Source of the DNA: Verrucomicrobiota bacterium | GTDB taxonomy: Bacteria; Verrucomicrobiota; Verrucomicrobiia; Opitutales; UBA953 | Reading direction: 5' to 3' | Assembly (NCBI GenBank): GCA_046301395.1 | Contig: JBKCKE010000077.1 | Span: forward strand, 1 to 60,619 | DNA: 60,619 bases | Shown here: positions 1 to 11,953 of the stretch, in pieces | Layout: the number at the start of each line of letters is the position of its first letter | Position numbering within the stretch: the stretch's first letter is position 1 | Program-made: the position numbers and the translations under genes | The notes under the pieces: generated by a model | What the model was told of the DNA's origin: nothing | The model's input: only the letters and a program-made list of their open reading frames with translations | Database searches by the model: none

Positions 1-381
1 ATTGTCACCGATGATCCTTCGGGTTTCGGTCGACCGGATCTTGAGACCACTGACATCGACCACCCAGGATATGCTCGGCGACTCGACCACGACATTGACG
101 TGATTGAACAGCAATACCGTATCGTCTTCGTAGTCGGACCACTCCGGTTGTAAGGATACTTCCTGGTAGTGCGCGTCCAGACCGGCCGCCCGGGCCAGCG
201 CGATCATCATGTTGGCAAACCCGATACAGTTGCCGGTGCGTGCAGCGAAGGCCTCCGTAACGAGGACGCGCTCCTCAAAGTTTCGATTCCTGAGACCCGC
301 GCGGCGTTGCTCAAAGAATACGGCGGCGCGGATGACGCGGACTTCGCCGAGTTCCTGCACGAACACAGCTACGACTCGCAT
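1..381 (-). CDS. Transglutaminase-like cysteine protease domain protein, 3' end truncated by the window edge; start uncertain
   Basis: My own minus-strand translation of 1-312 gives ...VLVTEAFAARTGNCIGFANMMIALARAAGLDAHYQEVSLQPEWSDYEDDTVLLFNHVNVVVESP... The G-x-C-x-x-FA...ARxxG and downstream NH-V motifs fit the transglutaminase-like Cys/His core. It is absent from the ORF track because it runs off the left edge. The only in-frame ATG is at 381, and an in-frame stop lies at 508-510. Confidence 0.45.
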   Translation of the reverse strand, partial: MRVVAVFVQELGEVRVIRAAVFFEQRRAGLRNRNFEERVLVTEAFAARTGNCIGFANMMIALARAAGLDAHYQEVSLQPEWSDYEDDTVLLFNHVNVVVESPSISWVVDVSGLKIRSTETRRIIGDN

Positions 382-535
382 TATGCACCGAAGCCCGACG
401 CTTCGCCCTACCCCTTCGGCACCTTCGCGCTCTGGCGCATCTCGACCCGCTGGCCCGGCAGCCCGGTGCCACCCTGCATCCACCGCGCCCCGGAGAACCG
501 TCCCGGCTCACCGCGCCTGCTGCTGATCAGCTGAG

Positions 536-1579
536 TTATTTGACCCGCGTCAGCTTCGACGGGTAACGGCGGTCAGCGTTCCATTCGCCGAGATAGATGT
601 CGCCGGCGGAATCGACGAAGAGGTCGTGGCCGTGCTTGAAGATCGGCTGGGCCTGCGTGAGTGGCTGGAGCTTGCCGTCGACGTACTTGGGTTCGTTGCC
701 ACCTGGCGCGCTGAGGACCTTCTTGGTGGCGCGATCCAGGACGAGCAGGAAGCCCGACTGGGCGAGGCGCTTGCCCTTGGCGTCCTTACTCCAGCAGACC
801 GCCGTGTAGATCTTGTCGCCGCGGAAGAACAGCTGGCCGGCGAAAGCACCAGGAAGGTCGAGGGTGTCCACGTACTTTCCGTCCAAGGTGAACGCCTTGA
901 GCTGATTCTGGCTGCGCGACGGCACCCAGACCAGCGGGCCGCGCGGATCGGTGACGTCGATGGAGATGCCATGGGCGTTGCTGAGATTGGCAGCGTCCTT
1001 CGTCGGCCCGCCCCACTTCTTGATCAGCTTACCCTCGAGCGAGAACTCATAGATCAAGTTCGAACCGTAGCCGTCGGCCACCAGCAGCGTGCCCGCCGGC
1101 GTCCACGCCACATCGCACGGCATGAACTTACCGTCGCTCAGGCCGAGCTCCTTCGGCGTGGGGAACTTGCGCACGACCTTGCCGTCGGTGGTCAGCAGCG
1201 TGATGCGTCCTTCGACCGCGGAGGGGTTCCAGCCCTCGGCCGCCATGTGCCAGCCAGAGTCCACGTGCACGAGATACTCCACACCGTCCTTTTCGAAGAT
1301 TTCCAGACCATGACCGCCGCCGAGTCCGGCACTGATCGAACGGACGTAGCGGCCATCCTTCTCGAAGACGATGAAGTCGTTCTTGGGGTGATCCGTCACG
1401 AGGTAGAGGCGCCCCGCCTTATCCTCGGCGAGCGCGTGCGCGTTGACGATCGGCGCGACCGCCGGATCGGCCTTCGCCCAACCCAGGTCGAGGGTATAAC
1501 GAGCCGACCCGTGACCGAGGACAGGAGGCGTCTCGGCGGCGAGGAGCGGCGTGACGAGGAGCAAGGCAAGGAGACGCAT
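536..1579 (-). CDS. Secreted NHL-repeat / six-bladed beta-propeller protein
   Basis: ORF 536..1630. The internal Met at 1579 gives the signal-peptide-like MRLLALLLVTPLLAAE. Repeated ...LYLVTD / LLVADGYGSNLIYEF / DIYLGEW blade-like motifs are typical of NHL/TolB-like propellers. Confidence 0.6.
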   Translation of the reverse strand: MRLLALLLVTPLLAAETPPVLGHGSARYTLDLGWAKADPAVAPIVNAHALAEDKAGRLYLVTDHPKNDFIVFEKDGRYVRSISAGLGGGHGLEIFEKDGVEYLVHVDSGWHMAAEGWNPSAVEGRITLLTTDGKVVRKFPTPKELGLSDGKFMPCDVAWTPAGTLLVADGYGSNLIYEFSLEGKLIKKWGGPTKDAANLSNAHGISIDVTDPRGPLVWVPSRSQNQLKAFTLDGKYVDTLDLPGAFAGQLFFRGDKIYTAVCWSKDAKGKRLAQSGFLLVLDRATKKVLSAPGGNEPKYVDGKLQPLTQAQPIFKHGHDLFVDSAGDIYLGEWNADRRYPSKLTRVK

Positions 1580-1694
1580 GAAGGGATGGCGGCAGACTAC
1601 CCGCGCTGACGCTTCAGGCAAGCCCGCCAAGCCGTCCTCTTATGGCTTGCTCTTAGTCCCTTGCCTCGGGGCGGACCGCGGCTTGGATGAGGCC

Positions 1695-2645
1695 ATGCGC
1701 CGTACCCTCGCCTGGCTCCGCCCCTACGTCTTCGGGACCGTGCTCGCCGGCATCCTGACCTTCGACCTCTCCAACCAATGGGAAGTACCCGTCTCCCATC
1801 TGCCCGGGGAGTTCTTCGAGCGTTATGTCGACGGCTTCGATCCGCACGCCGATCCGGCCGTGCTTCTGGCCCTTGCCGAAAAAGGCAACGTCCAGGCGCA
1901 ATATGTCTACGCGCTCCGACACACCGCCTACGCGCCGGTCGAATTGCAGATCAAAGAGGATCGGGAGCTCGCCTTCCGTTGGACTTTGAAAGCAGCTGAC
2001 GGCGGACACTCTCGCGCCATGGCCGTGGTCGCGTTGTATTATTTTCGCGGAACGGGAACGGCGAAGAACCTGACCGAGGCCAAGAAGTGGGCCGATCAGT
2101 CCGTGGCGAAAGGCCAGTCGATGGGCTTCCGTGTGCTCGGCGACCTGCGCCGGGAAGAGGCCCGCGCCCTGAAAGCGGCGTCAGTCACCGCTGACAACAA
2201 GAAGGCTCTTTCGGACTACGAAACCGCCATGAAGGAAGCCTTCGCCTACTACCGCCGCGGCGCGGACACCGGCGAACGTATCGCCTTACGCATGATGTCT
2301 GAAGGTTATGATGAAGGCGTCCCGGGCATGCCGCGCAACTACGAGCTCGGCACGGAGTTCCTGCGACGATCGGCGATGCGCCGCGACCTGACCGCCATCC
2401 GGGCGATGGCCGAGCGGCTCGAGAAAGGCGTCAAAGCCCCGCGCGACCTTTCCCAGGCCTACGCGTGGAGACTCGTACTAAGCCAGCTCACGGGGGTCGA
2501 TAAGGACGCCGCAGAGCTGGCCCGCCTGGAAGGTACGATGGGCCTGCCGGAGATCCAGCGCGGACAGAACGACGCCGCCAAGATTCTCAAGGAACTGCCC
2601 TCCGAAGCGTCCGACGCCCTTTCGCGCCTGCACACCTCCCGCTGA
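1695..2645 (+). CDS. Sel1-like (SLR/TPR-family) repeat protein with N-terminal membrane anchor
   Basis: ORF 1551..2645. The Met at 1695 gives MRRTLAWLRPYVFGTVLAGILTF (hydrophobic anchor). Repeated A..G...A....A.YY..G.G motifs occur (AMAVVALYYFRGTGTAKNLTEAKKWA; AFAYYRRGADTGE). Confidence 0.55.
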   Translation: MRRTLAWLRPYVFGTVLAGILTFDLSNQWEVPVSHLPGEFFERYVDGFDPHADPAVLLALAEKGNVQAQYVYALRHTAYAPVELQIKEDRELAFRWTLKAADGGHSRAMAVVALYYFRGTGTAKNLTEAKKWADQSVAKGQSMGFRVLGDLRREEARALKAASVTADNKKALSDYETAMKEAFAYYRRGADTGERIALRMMSEGYDEGVPGMPRNYELGTEFLRRSAMRRDLTAIRAMAERLEKGVKAPRDLSQAYAWRLVLSQLTGVDKDAAELARLEGTMGLPEIQRGQNDAAKILKELPSEASDALSRLHTSR

Positions 2646-2648
2646 GCC

Positions 2649-2942
2649 ATGACGCCGGCCCAATTGAAGTCCTCCGCGGAAACCGACGCGCAGCCGCCTC
2701 GCGGACTCTCGCGCGAGGCGCAGTCTCTTTGGTTCATCAAGAAGGGCGACTGGGAGTCGGCACACAATATCGCCCAGGACATCGAGACTCCCGTCGGCTC
2801 CTGGCTTCATGCGCTCCTCCACCTCATCGAAGGCGACCTGGGCAACGCCCGCTATTGGTTCGCCGAAGCCGGCCGGCCGGTGAAGAAGCCCTCGCAGATC
2901 GACGAACTCTGGGACGAAATCGCCGGAGTCGTGCTGAAGTAA
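2649..2942 (+). CDS. Small conserved hypothetical protein
   Basis: 97-aa ORF starting 4 nt after the previous stop. The motif W.HALLH.IEGDLGNA.YW...AG is one I recall from a widespread small uncharacterised family (recall only). Confidence 0.5.
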   Translation: MTPAQLKSSAETDAQPPRGLSREAQSLWFIKKGDWESAHNIAQDIETPVGSWLHALLHLIEGDLGNARYWFAEAGRPVKKPSQIDELWDEIAGVVLK

Positions 2943-2986
2943 GGGGTTGGGTTTGACGCTTCGGGGCTTCCCGCCTCGATAGCGGC

Positions 2987-6216
<3,230 letters not shown>

Positions 6217-6220
<4 letters not shown>

Positions 6221-7296
6221 AATCCTTCCTCCTCTCCAGCCTGCTCGCCCTGACCGCGGCCGTCGCCTCCGCCCAGCTCAAGCTGCCTTCGGTCGAGGAA
6301 GCCGCCGCCAAGCGCTGGTCCCAGCTGAACTCCGACCGGATCGCCGCCGACGCGGACGGCCAAGGCATCACCCTTTCGGATATCCGCCGCCAGATCGACC
6401 CGATCGTCGGCCAGCTGCGCGCCGCCTCCCGTACAGACCTCGAGTTCGAGCAGGCGCTAGGGCAAGCCGCGAAGGAGACGCTCAAGTCGATGGCCGAACG
6501 TCAGATCGTCATCGCCGAATTCCGCGCCAACACCCCCAACCTGCCTTCCACCTACGTCGAAGCGGACATCGAAGAGACCATCCGCCGGGACTTCGGCGGA
6601 GACCGCAACCGTTTCGTCGCCTCGCTGCGCGCGGCCGGCACCACCCCGCTCGCCTACCGTAAGACCATCGAAGACCGCATCATCTTCGAATACATGGTGG
6701 GCCAGATCCGTCGCACCGCCTGGGACGTCAATCCCGGCAAGATCCAGGAGTACTACGACAAGAACAAGGCCGACTTCGCCCGCAAGGAGCAGGTGAAACT
6801 CCGCCAGATCACCCTCACGCAGGGTGCCGCCGAGAAGCCCGAAGAGACCGCCGCCCGCGCCAAGGCCTGGGCGGAAGCGCTGCGCCAGCCGGCCAAGGTC
6901 GCCGAACTGCTCGCCGCCTACAAGATCGGCGGCAAGCCCATCGCCGGACAGCCGACTTTCGCCGATGTGGCCGAACGCATCAGTTCCGACGACTTCGCGC
7001 GCAAAGGCGGCGACGCCGGCTGGCGCAACTTCGAGGACCTGAACCAGACCGTCGTCGCCGCCGTCCGCCAACTTAAGCCCGGCGAAATCTCGGAGCCCTT
7101 GAAATTCGATGTCGGCGCCGCGCCCATCTACGTGATCGTCAGCCCGGAATCCGTACGCCCGCAAGGCCATGCGCCGGTGAATGACCCCGAAGTCATGGCG
7201 GAGATCGAGACGAAGGTGCGTTCGATCGGCATGAAGCTCGCGATCCAACGCTGGCTGGACGACCTGCGCGCCAAGCACTACGTCCAGCTGCGCTGA
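6217..7296 (+). CDS. Secreted parvulin-type peptidyl-prolyl isomerase (SurA/PpiD-like)
   Basis: Signal peptide MKSFLLSSLLALTAAVASA. The C-terminal rotamase-like region is ISSDDFARKGGDAGWRNFEDLNQTVVAAVRQLKPGEISEPL. The start overlaps the mfd stop (ATGA). Confidence 0.75.
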
Positions 7297-7297
7297 G

Positions 7298-8812
7298 ATG
7301 GACTCCGACCGCCGTGAACCCGTCGCCGTGACCGGCCGGGCTCCCGCCGCCGCCTACGCCTGCCATGCTTTCCCACGGCGCAGCGCGGGCGTGCTGCTCC
7401 ATCCGACCGCCCTGCCGGGAGACGGCCCCGTCGGCTCCTTGGGAGCCGAAGCCCGCCGCTTCGTCGACATCCTCGCCGCCGCCGGCTTCGGCTGGTGGCA
7501 GGTCTGCCCGCTCGGGCCGACCGGTTACGGCGATTCGCCTTACCAAGCCCTCTCCGTCTTCGCCGGCAATCCGTACCTGCTCGACCTTGCCGACCTCGGC
7601 GCGCGCAAGCTGCTCACTTCCGAGGAGATCGCCGCGCTGCGACGCGGGAGTGACGGTCGCACCGACTATGGTCGCCTTTGGAACCAGCTGCGCCCCGCGC
7701 TTCAGCTCGCCGCGCGCCGCGGAGCCAAGACCCTGAAGCAGAACGCCGCCTTCCAGCGATTCCGCGAGCAGCAGGCCGGCTGGCTCGGCGCCTGGTGCCG
7801 CTTCTCTGCGTTACGTGAAGCGAACGGCTTCACCGCGCCGGACAAGTGGACGATCGACGAAGCCCCGGCCGAAGCCGTGGCCGAGGCCGAAGTCCTGCAG
7901 TTCCTGTTCGCCGAGCAATGGAAAGCGCTGCGCGAGTACGCGCGCGGCAAAGGCGTCCGTGTCTTCGGCGACGAACCCCTCTACGTCTCCGCCGACGGTT
8001 GCGACGCGAAGACCCGCCCGGAGCTCTTCCAGCTCGACGCGCAGGGCCGGCCGACGGCCGTGGCCGGCGTGCCGCCGGATTACTTCGCCGCGGACGGCCA
8101 GCTCTGGGGCAATCCGCTGTATGCCTGGGAACGGCACGCCGCCGACGGCTTCGCCTGGTGGAAGGCGCGCGTCCTCCACGATTTGGAACTCTTCGACGCG
8201 ATCCGTATCGACCACTTCCGCGGCATCCATGACTACTGGAGCGTACCCGCCGGGTCGCCGAACGCCCGCGAAGGTAAATGGTGCGACGGCCCCGGACTCG
8301 CCTTCACCCACGCGCTCGCCGGCCTCCCGCTCGTCGCCGAAGACCTCGGCCTGCTCTCCCCGGGCGTGGACGTGCTCCGTCAGGCCTCCGGCCTGCCCGG
8401 CATGTCGGTACTGCAGTTCGGCTTCGGCGGACCTCCCGAGGGCAATCCGCACTTCCCCACGAACATCACCGCCGACCGCGTCGTCTACACCGGCACGCAC
8501 GACAACGACACCGTCGTCGGCTGGCACGCGCAGGCGTCCGCCGACGAGCGCGCGCGCGTCGAAGCCGTCTTCGGCGCGATGACCGCGCCGCACGTCACGC
8601 TCGCCGAGGCGGCCCTGGCCTCACCCGGCGTGGCCGCGTTCATTCCCGTCCAGGACTTGCTGGGCCTGGGCGCCGAAGCCCGTTTCAACACCCCCGGTAA
8701 TCCGCAAGGCAACTGGGGCTGGCGCATGAGCGACCTGCAGCTGACCACGCTGGCGGCGATGGCCGGGGCGTGGCGTCAGCGACTGAAGGCGACCGGCCGG
8801 CTCAGCGCGTAA
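7298..8812 (+). CDS. malQ: 4-alpha-glucanotransferase (amylomaltase)
   Basis: GVLLHPTALPG...GDSPYQALSVFAGNPYLLDL, RIDHFRG and GTHDNDT motifs of GH77. Confidence 0.9.
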   Translation: MDSDRREPVAVTGRAPAAAYACHAFPRRSAGVLLHPTALPGDGPVGSLGAEARRFVDILAAAGFGWWQVCPLGPTGYGDSPYQALSVFAGNPYLLDLADLGARKLLTSEEIAALRRGSDGRTDYGRLWNQLRPALQLAARRGAKTLKQNAAFQRFREQQAGWLGAWCRFSALREANGFTAPDKWTIDEAPAEAVAEAEVLQFLFAEQWKALREYARGKGVRVFGDEPLYVSADGCDAKTRPELFQLDAQGRPTAVAGVPPDYFAADGQLWGNPLYAWERHAADGFAWWKARVLHDLELFDAIRIDHFRGIHDYWSVPAGSPNAREGKWCDGPGLAFTHALAGLPLVAEDLGLLSPGVDVLRQASGLPGMSVLQFGFGGPPEGNPHFPTNITADRVVYTGTHDNDTVVGWHAQASADERARVEAVFGAMTAPHVTLAEAALASPGVAAFIPVQDLLGLGAEARFNTPGNPQGNWGWRMSDLQLTTLAAMAGAWRQRLKATGRLSA

Positions 8813-10478
8813 GGCGACGGTACTTCGGGCGACGCGGCGTATCCGATTCGAGGCCGAGGCGCTTGCGCCGGTCTTCGAGGTAGTCGCCGTAGTTGCCTTC
8901 GTGCCAGACCACCGTGCTGTCGTCTTCGAACGCGAGGATGTGCGTGGCCACGCGGTCGAGGAACCAGCGGTCGTGCGTCACGATGACCGCGCAGCCCGCG
9001 AAGCCTTCGAGCGCGTCTTCGAGGGCGCGGATCGTGTTCACGTCGAGGTCGTTGGTCGGCTCGTCGAGCAAGAGCACGTTGGCGCCGGCCTTGATGAGCC
9101 GCGCGAGGTGAATGCGGTTGCGTTCGCCGCCCGACATCACGCCGACCTTGCGCTGCTGGACGTCGCCCGTGAAACCGAAGCGCGCCGCGTAGGCGCGGGC
9201 CGGGACCATGATCTTGCCGAGGTGGACCATGTCCTGGCCGTCGGAGATCGCGGACCAAAGCGGCGCGTCGGCCGGGAGCGAATCGCGGGACTGGTCGACG
9301 TAGGCGATCTTCACCGACTCGCCGACCGTGAGCGAACCCTTGTCCGGCTTCTCCTGGCCTGTGATCATGCGGAAGAGCGTCGTCTTGCCGGCGCCGTTGG
9401 GGCCGACCACGCCGACGATGCCGCCGGCGGGCAGCGTGAAATTGACCTCATCCATCAGGATGCGGTCGCCATAGCCCTTGGACAGACCGCGGGCCTCGAT
9501 GACGGCGCCGCCGAGGCGCGGGCCGGGCGGGATCCAGATCTCGGCCGCTTTCTCCTGCTGGTTCTGGTCCTGCGTGAGCATCTGCTCGTAGGCGCGGAGA
9601 CGGGCCTTGTTCTTGGCCACGCGGGCCTTGGGCGAAGCCGCGGCCCACTCGCGTTCGCGCTCCATCGAGCGGGAACGCGCGGCGGACTGCTTCTCCTCCA
9701 TCTCGAGGCGCTGCTGCTTCTGCTGGAGCCAGGAGGAGTAGTTGCCCTTCCACGGGATGCCGCGGCCGCGGTCGAGCTCGAGGATCCAGCCCGCGACGTT
9801 GTCGAGGAAGTAGCGGTCGTGCGTGATCGCGATGACCGTTCCCTTGTAGCCCTGCAGGTGGCGTTCGAGCCAGGCGACCGTGTCGGCGTCGAGGTGATTG
9901 GTCGGCTCGTCGAGCAGGAGGATGTCCGGCTCCATGAGCAGCAGGCGGCAGAGCGCCACGCGGCGTTTCTCGCCGCCGGAGAGCGCGGAGACGACCGCCT
10001 CGCCGGGCGGGCAACGCAAGGCTTCCATCGCCATCTCGATGCGGGCGTCGAGGTCCCAGCCGCCGCGCGTGTCGAGGATCGTCTGGATCTCGCCTTGGCG
10101 GGCCAGGATGCGTTCCTGCTCCTTCGCGTCATCGGTCTCCGACACCTTCACGAACGTCTCGTCGTATTCCTCGAGCAGCGCCTTCATCGGGCCGGCGGCC
10201 TGCATCACGCATTCCTGGACCGTGAGATGCTCGTCGAGCCGCGGCTCCTGGGCGAGGTAGCCGAGCGTGTAGCCCGGCACCTGGCTGATCGCACCGTCGA
10301 ATTCCTTGTCCTCGCCGGCCATGATCTTGAGCAGCGTCGACTTGCCCGAGCCGTTGAGGCCGAGGACGCCGATCTTGGCCCCATAATAGTAGGAAAGGGA
10401 AATATCGCGGAAAACGGGTTTCTTTTCGAAGTACTTCGTGACCCCCGTCATCGTGAAGATTACTTTTTCGTCAGCCAT
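8802..10478 (-). CDS. ettA: ABC-F translational throttle protein EttA
   Basis: 558 aa. N-terminus [45 protein letters not shown], a second Walker [10 protein letters not shown], and two LSGGE-type signatures. Confidence 0.9.
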   Translation of the reverse strand: MADEKVIFTMTGVTKYFEKKPVFRDISLSYYYGAKIGVLGLNGSGKSTLLKIMAGEDKEFDGAISQVPGYTLGYLAQEPRLDEHLTVQECVMQAAGPMKALLEEYDETFVKVSETDDAKEQERILARQGEIQTILDTRGGWDLDARIEMAMEALRCPPGEAVVSALSGGEKRRVALCRLLLMEPDILLLDEPTNHLDADTVAWLERHLQGYKGTVIAITHDRYFLDNVAGWILELDRGRGIPWKGNYSSWLQQKQQRLEMEEKQSAARSRSMEREREWAAASPKARVAKNKARLRAYEQMLTQDQNQQEKAAEIWIPPGPRLGGAVIEARGLSKGYGDRILMDEVNFTLPAGGIVGVVGPNGAGKTTLFRMITGQEKPDKGSLTVGESVKIAYVDQSRDSLPADAPLWSAISDGQDMVHLGKIMVPARAYAARFGFTGDVQQRKVGVMSGGERNRIHLARLIKAGANVLLLDEPTNDLDVNTIRALEDALEGFAGCAVIVTHDRWFLDRVATHILAFEDDSTVVWHEGNYGDYLEDRRKRLGLESDTPRRPKYRRLTR

Positions 10479-10545
10479 GCGGATAGGTTCGGAGAAGACC
10501 CAAGGGGGGCAAGCGGAACCCTCCGGGCCGGGGGGCCGAGCGCAC

Positions 10546-10663
10546 TTGACATCCCCCCGGGGGTGCCCAAGGTATGCCTCAGTTCACCTTCACCGAGGTG
10601 GGTCCTGCCGGACCCGCTTTTTTTGTCCCCAAATCATTTCACCGAAAACCCGCACCCATCACC
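10546..10663 (+). promoter_or_regulatory. nusA leader: TTGACA hexamer followed by an intrinsic-terminator-like hairpin (candidate attenuator)
   Basis: TTGACA lies at 10546-10551, with no good -10 hexamer. An 8-bp stem GTGGGTCC/GGACCCGC (10598-10617, loop TGCC) is followed by TTTTTTT (10618-10624), 40 nt before the nusA ATG. There is no upstream plus-strand gene for it to terminate. Confidence 0.4.
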
Positions 10664-11911
10664 ATGAGCGTCGATATCAAACCCTTCCTCCAATATCTCG
10701 AAAAGGAGAAGAACATCAAAAAAGAAGAGGCCTGCGCCCTCATCGTCGAGGCCATCAAGTCCTCCGTCGAGAAGTCGGTCATGGCCGGCCAGAACGTCGA
10801 GGTGAACGCCGACGCCGTCTCGGGCAAGCTCGACGCCTTCGTCGTCCTCCGCGTGACCGACTCCGTGTCGGACCCGCTCCAGGAGATCAACCCCGTCGCC
10901 GCCTCCCTCATCCAGCCTGACGTCCAGGTCGGCCAGGAAGTCCGCAAGCCGATCAAGGTCGAGGACCTCGGCCGCATCGCCGCCAAGACCACCCAGCAGC
11001 TGCTCAACCAGCGCTTCCGCAAGATCGAGAAGGACCAGGTCTTCCAGGAGTATAAGGACAAGGTCGGCGACATCGTCACCGGCACCGTCCGTCGCACCGA
11101 GCGCGGCAACGTCGTGATCGAACTCGGCACCGCCGAAGCCGTCCTCACCCACAAGGAACGCTGCCACGGCGACGAATTCCGCACCGGCGACCGCATCCGC
11201 TGCCTTCTGCTCGAGATCCGCGAAGACCCGCAGCGCGGCCGCGAGTTCGTGCTCTCCCGCGCCAACCCGGCGTTCGTCCGCCGCCTCCTCGAGCTCGAGG
11301 TCGCCGAGATCGCCGACAAGACCGTCACCATCGCCGCCATGGCCCGCGACCCGGGCTATCGCACCAAGATCGCCGTCGACTCCCGCGACCCCAAGGTCGA
11401 CCCCGTCGGCGCTTGCGTCGGCGCCCGCGGCGCCCGCGTCCGTAACATCGTCAAGGAACTCGGCGGCGAGAAGATCGACATCATCCGCTATCATGCCGAG
11501 CCGCTCAAGCTGCTCGAAGAAGCCATCCGCCCGGCCAAGCCGCGCAACGTCCGCATCGACGAACGCACCCGCTCCATCTTCTTCGAAGTGGACGAGGACG
11601 ACATGCGCATCGCCATCGGCAGCAAGGGCCGCAACGCCCGCCTGACCTCCAAGCTCATGGGCTGGGGCCTCAACATCCAGAAGGCCACCCACGCCGCCGA
11701 AAGCTTCGAAGCCAAGGCCGGCGACGCCGCCGTGCGCATCGCGGACCAGCTCGGTCTCCCGGCCGAACTCATCGCGAAGTTCGTCGGACTCGGCATCTCC
11801 AGCGTCGAAGCCCTCGAAGGCGCGACCGTGGAAGACTTCCAGGAAAGCGGCATCCCGACCGAAGAGGTCGAAGCCGTCCTCGCCGCCTACGCCAAGGGCC
11901 GCCGCGCGTAA
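10664..11911 (+). CDS. nusA: Transcription termination/antitermination factor NusA
   Basis: ORF 10574..11911. The Met at 10664 gives the typical N-terminus MSVDIKPFLQYLEKEKNIKKEEA. S1 and KH regions are present (GACVGARGARVRNIVKELGGEKIDII). Confidence 0.9.
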   Translation: MSVDIKPFLQYLEKEKNIKKEEACALIVEAIKSSVEKSVMAGQNVEVNADAVSGKLDAFVVLRVTDSVSDPLQEINPVAASLIQPDVQVGQEVRKPIKVEDLGRIAAKTTQQLLNQRFRKIEKDQVFQEYKDKVGDIVTGTVRRTERGNVVIELGTAEAVLTHKERCHGDEFRTGDRIRCLLLEIREDPQRGREFVLSRANPAFVRRLLELEVAEIADKTVTIAAMARDPGYRTKIAVDSRDPKVDPVGACVGARGARVRNIVKELGGEKIDIIRYHAEPLKLLEEAIRPAKPRNVRIDERTRSIFFEVDEDDMRIAIGSKGRNARLTSKLMGWGLNIQKATHAAESFEAKAGDAAVRIADQLGLPAELIAKFVGLGISSVEALEGATVEDFQESGIPTEEVEAVLAAYAKGRRA

Positions 11912-11953
11912 TCCTTCCGTCGTTCACCCTCCCGACACCCTCCGACCGCGCAC

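Noticed and set aside
169-534. A 121-aa plus-strand ORF at the left edge.
   Set aside because: Its first half is antisense, in the same codon phase, to the better-supported transglutaminase-like reading. Its tail is Pro/Arg-rich and looks unlike a protein.
10574-10663. N-terminal extensions implied by the longest ORFs: nusA from 10574, rplJ from 56619, nusG from 60301, secE from 60480, hpf from 33274, recN from 35620, yggS from 36381 and the LysR gene from 36155.
   Set aside because: The extensions are low-complexity, overlap neighbouring genes or leaders, and family-typical N-termini begin at the internal starts I chose.
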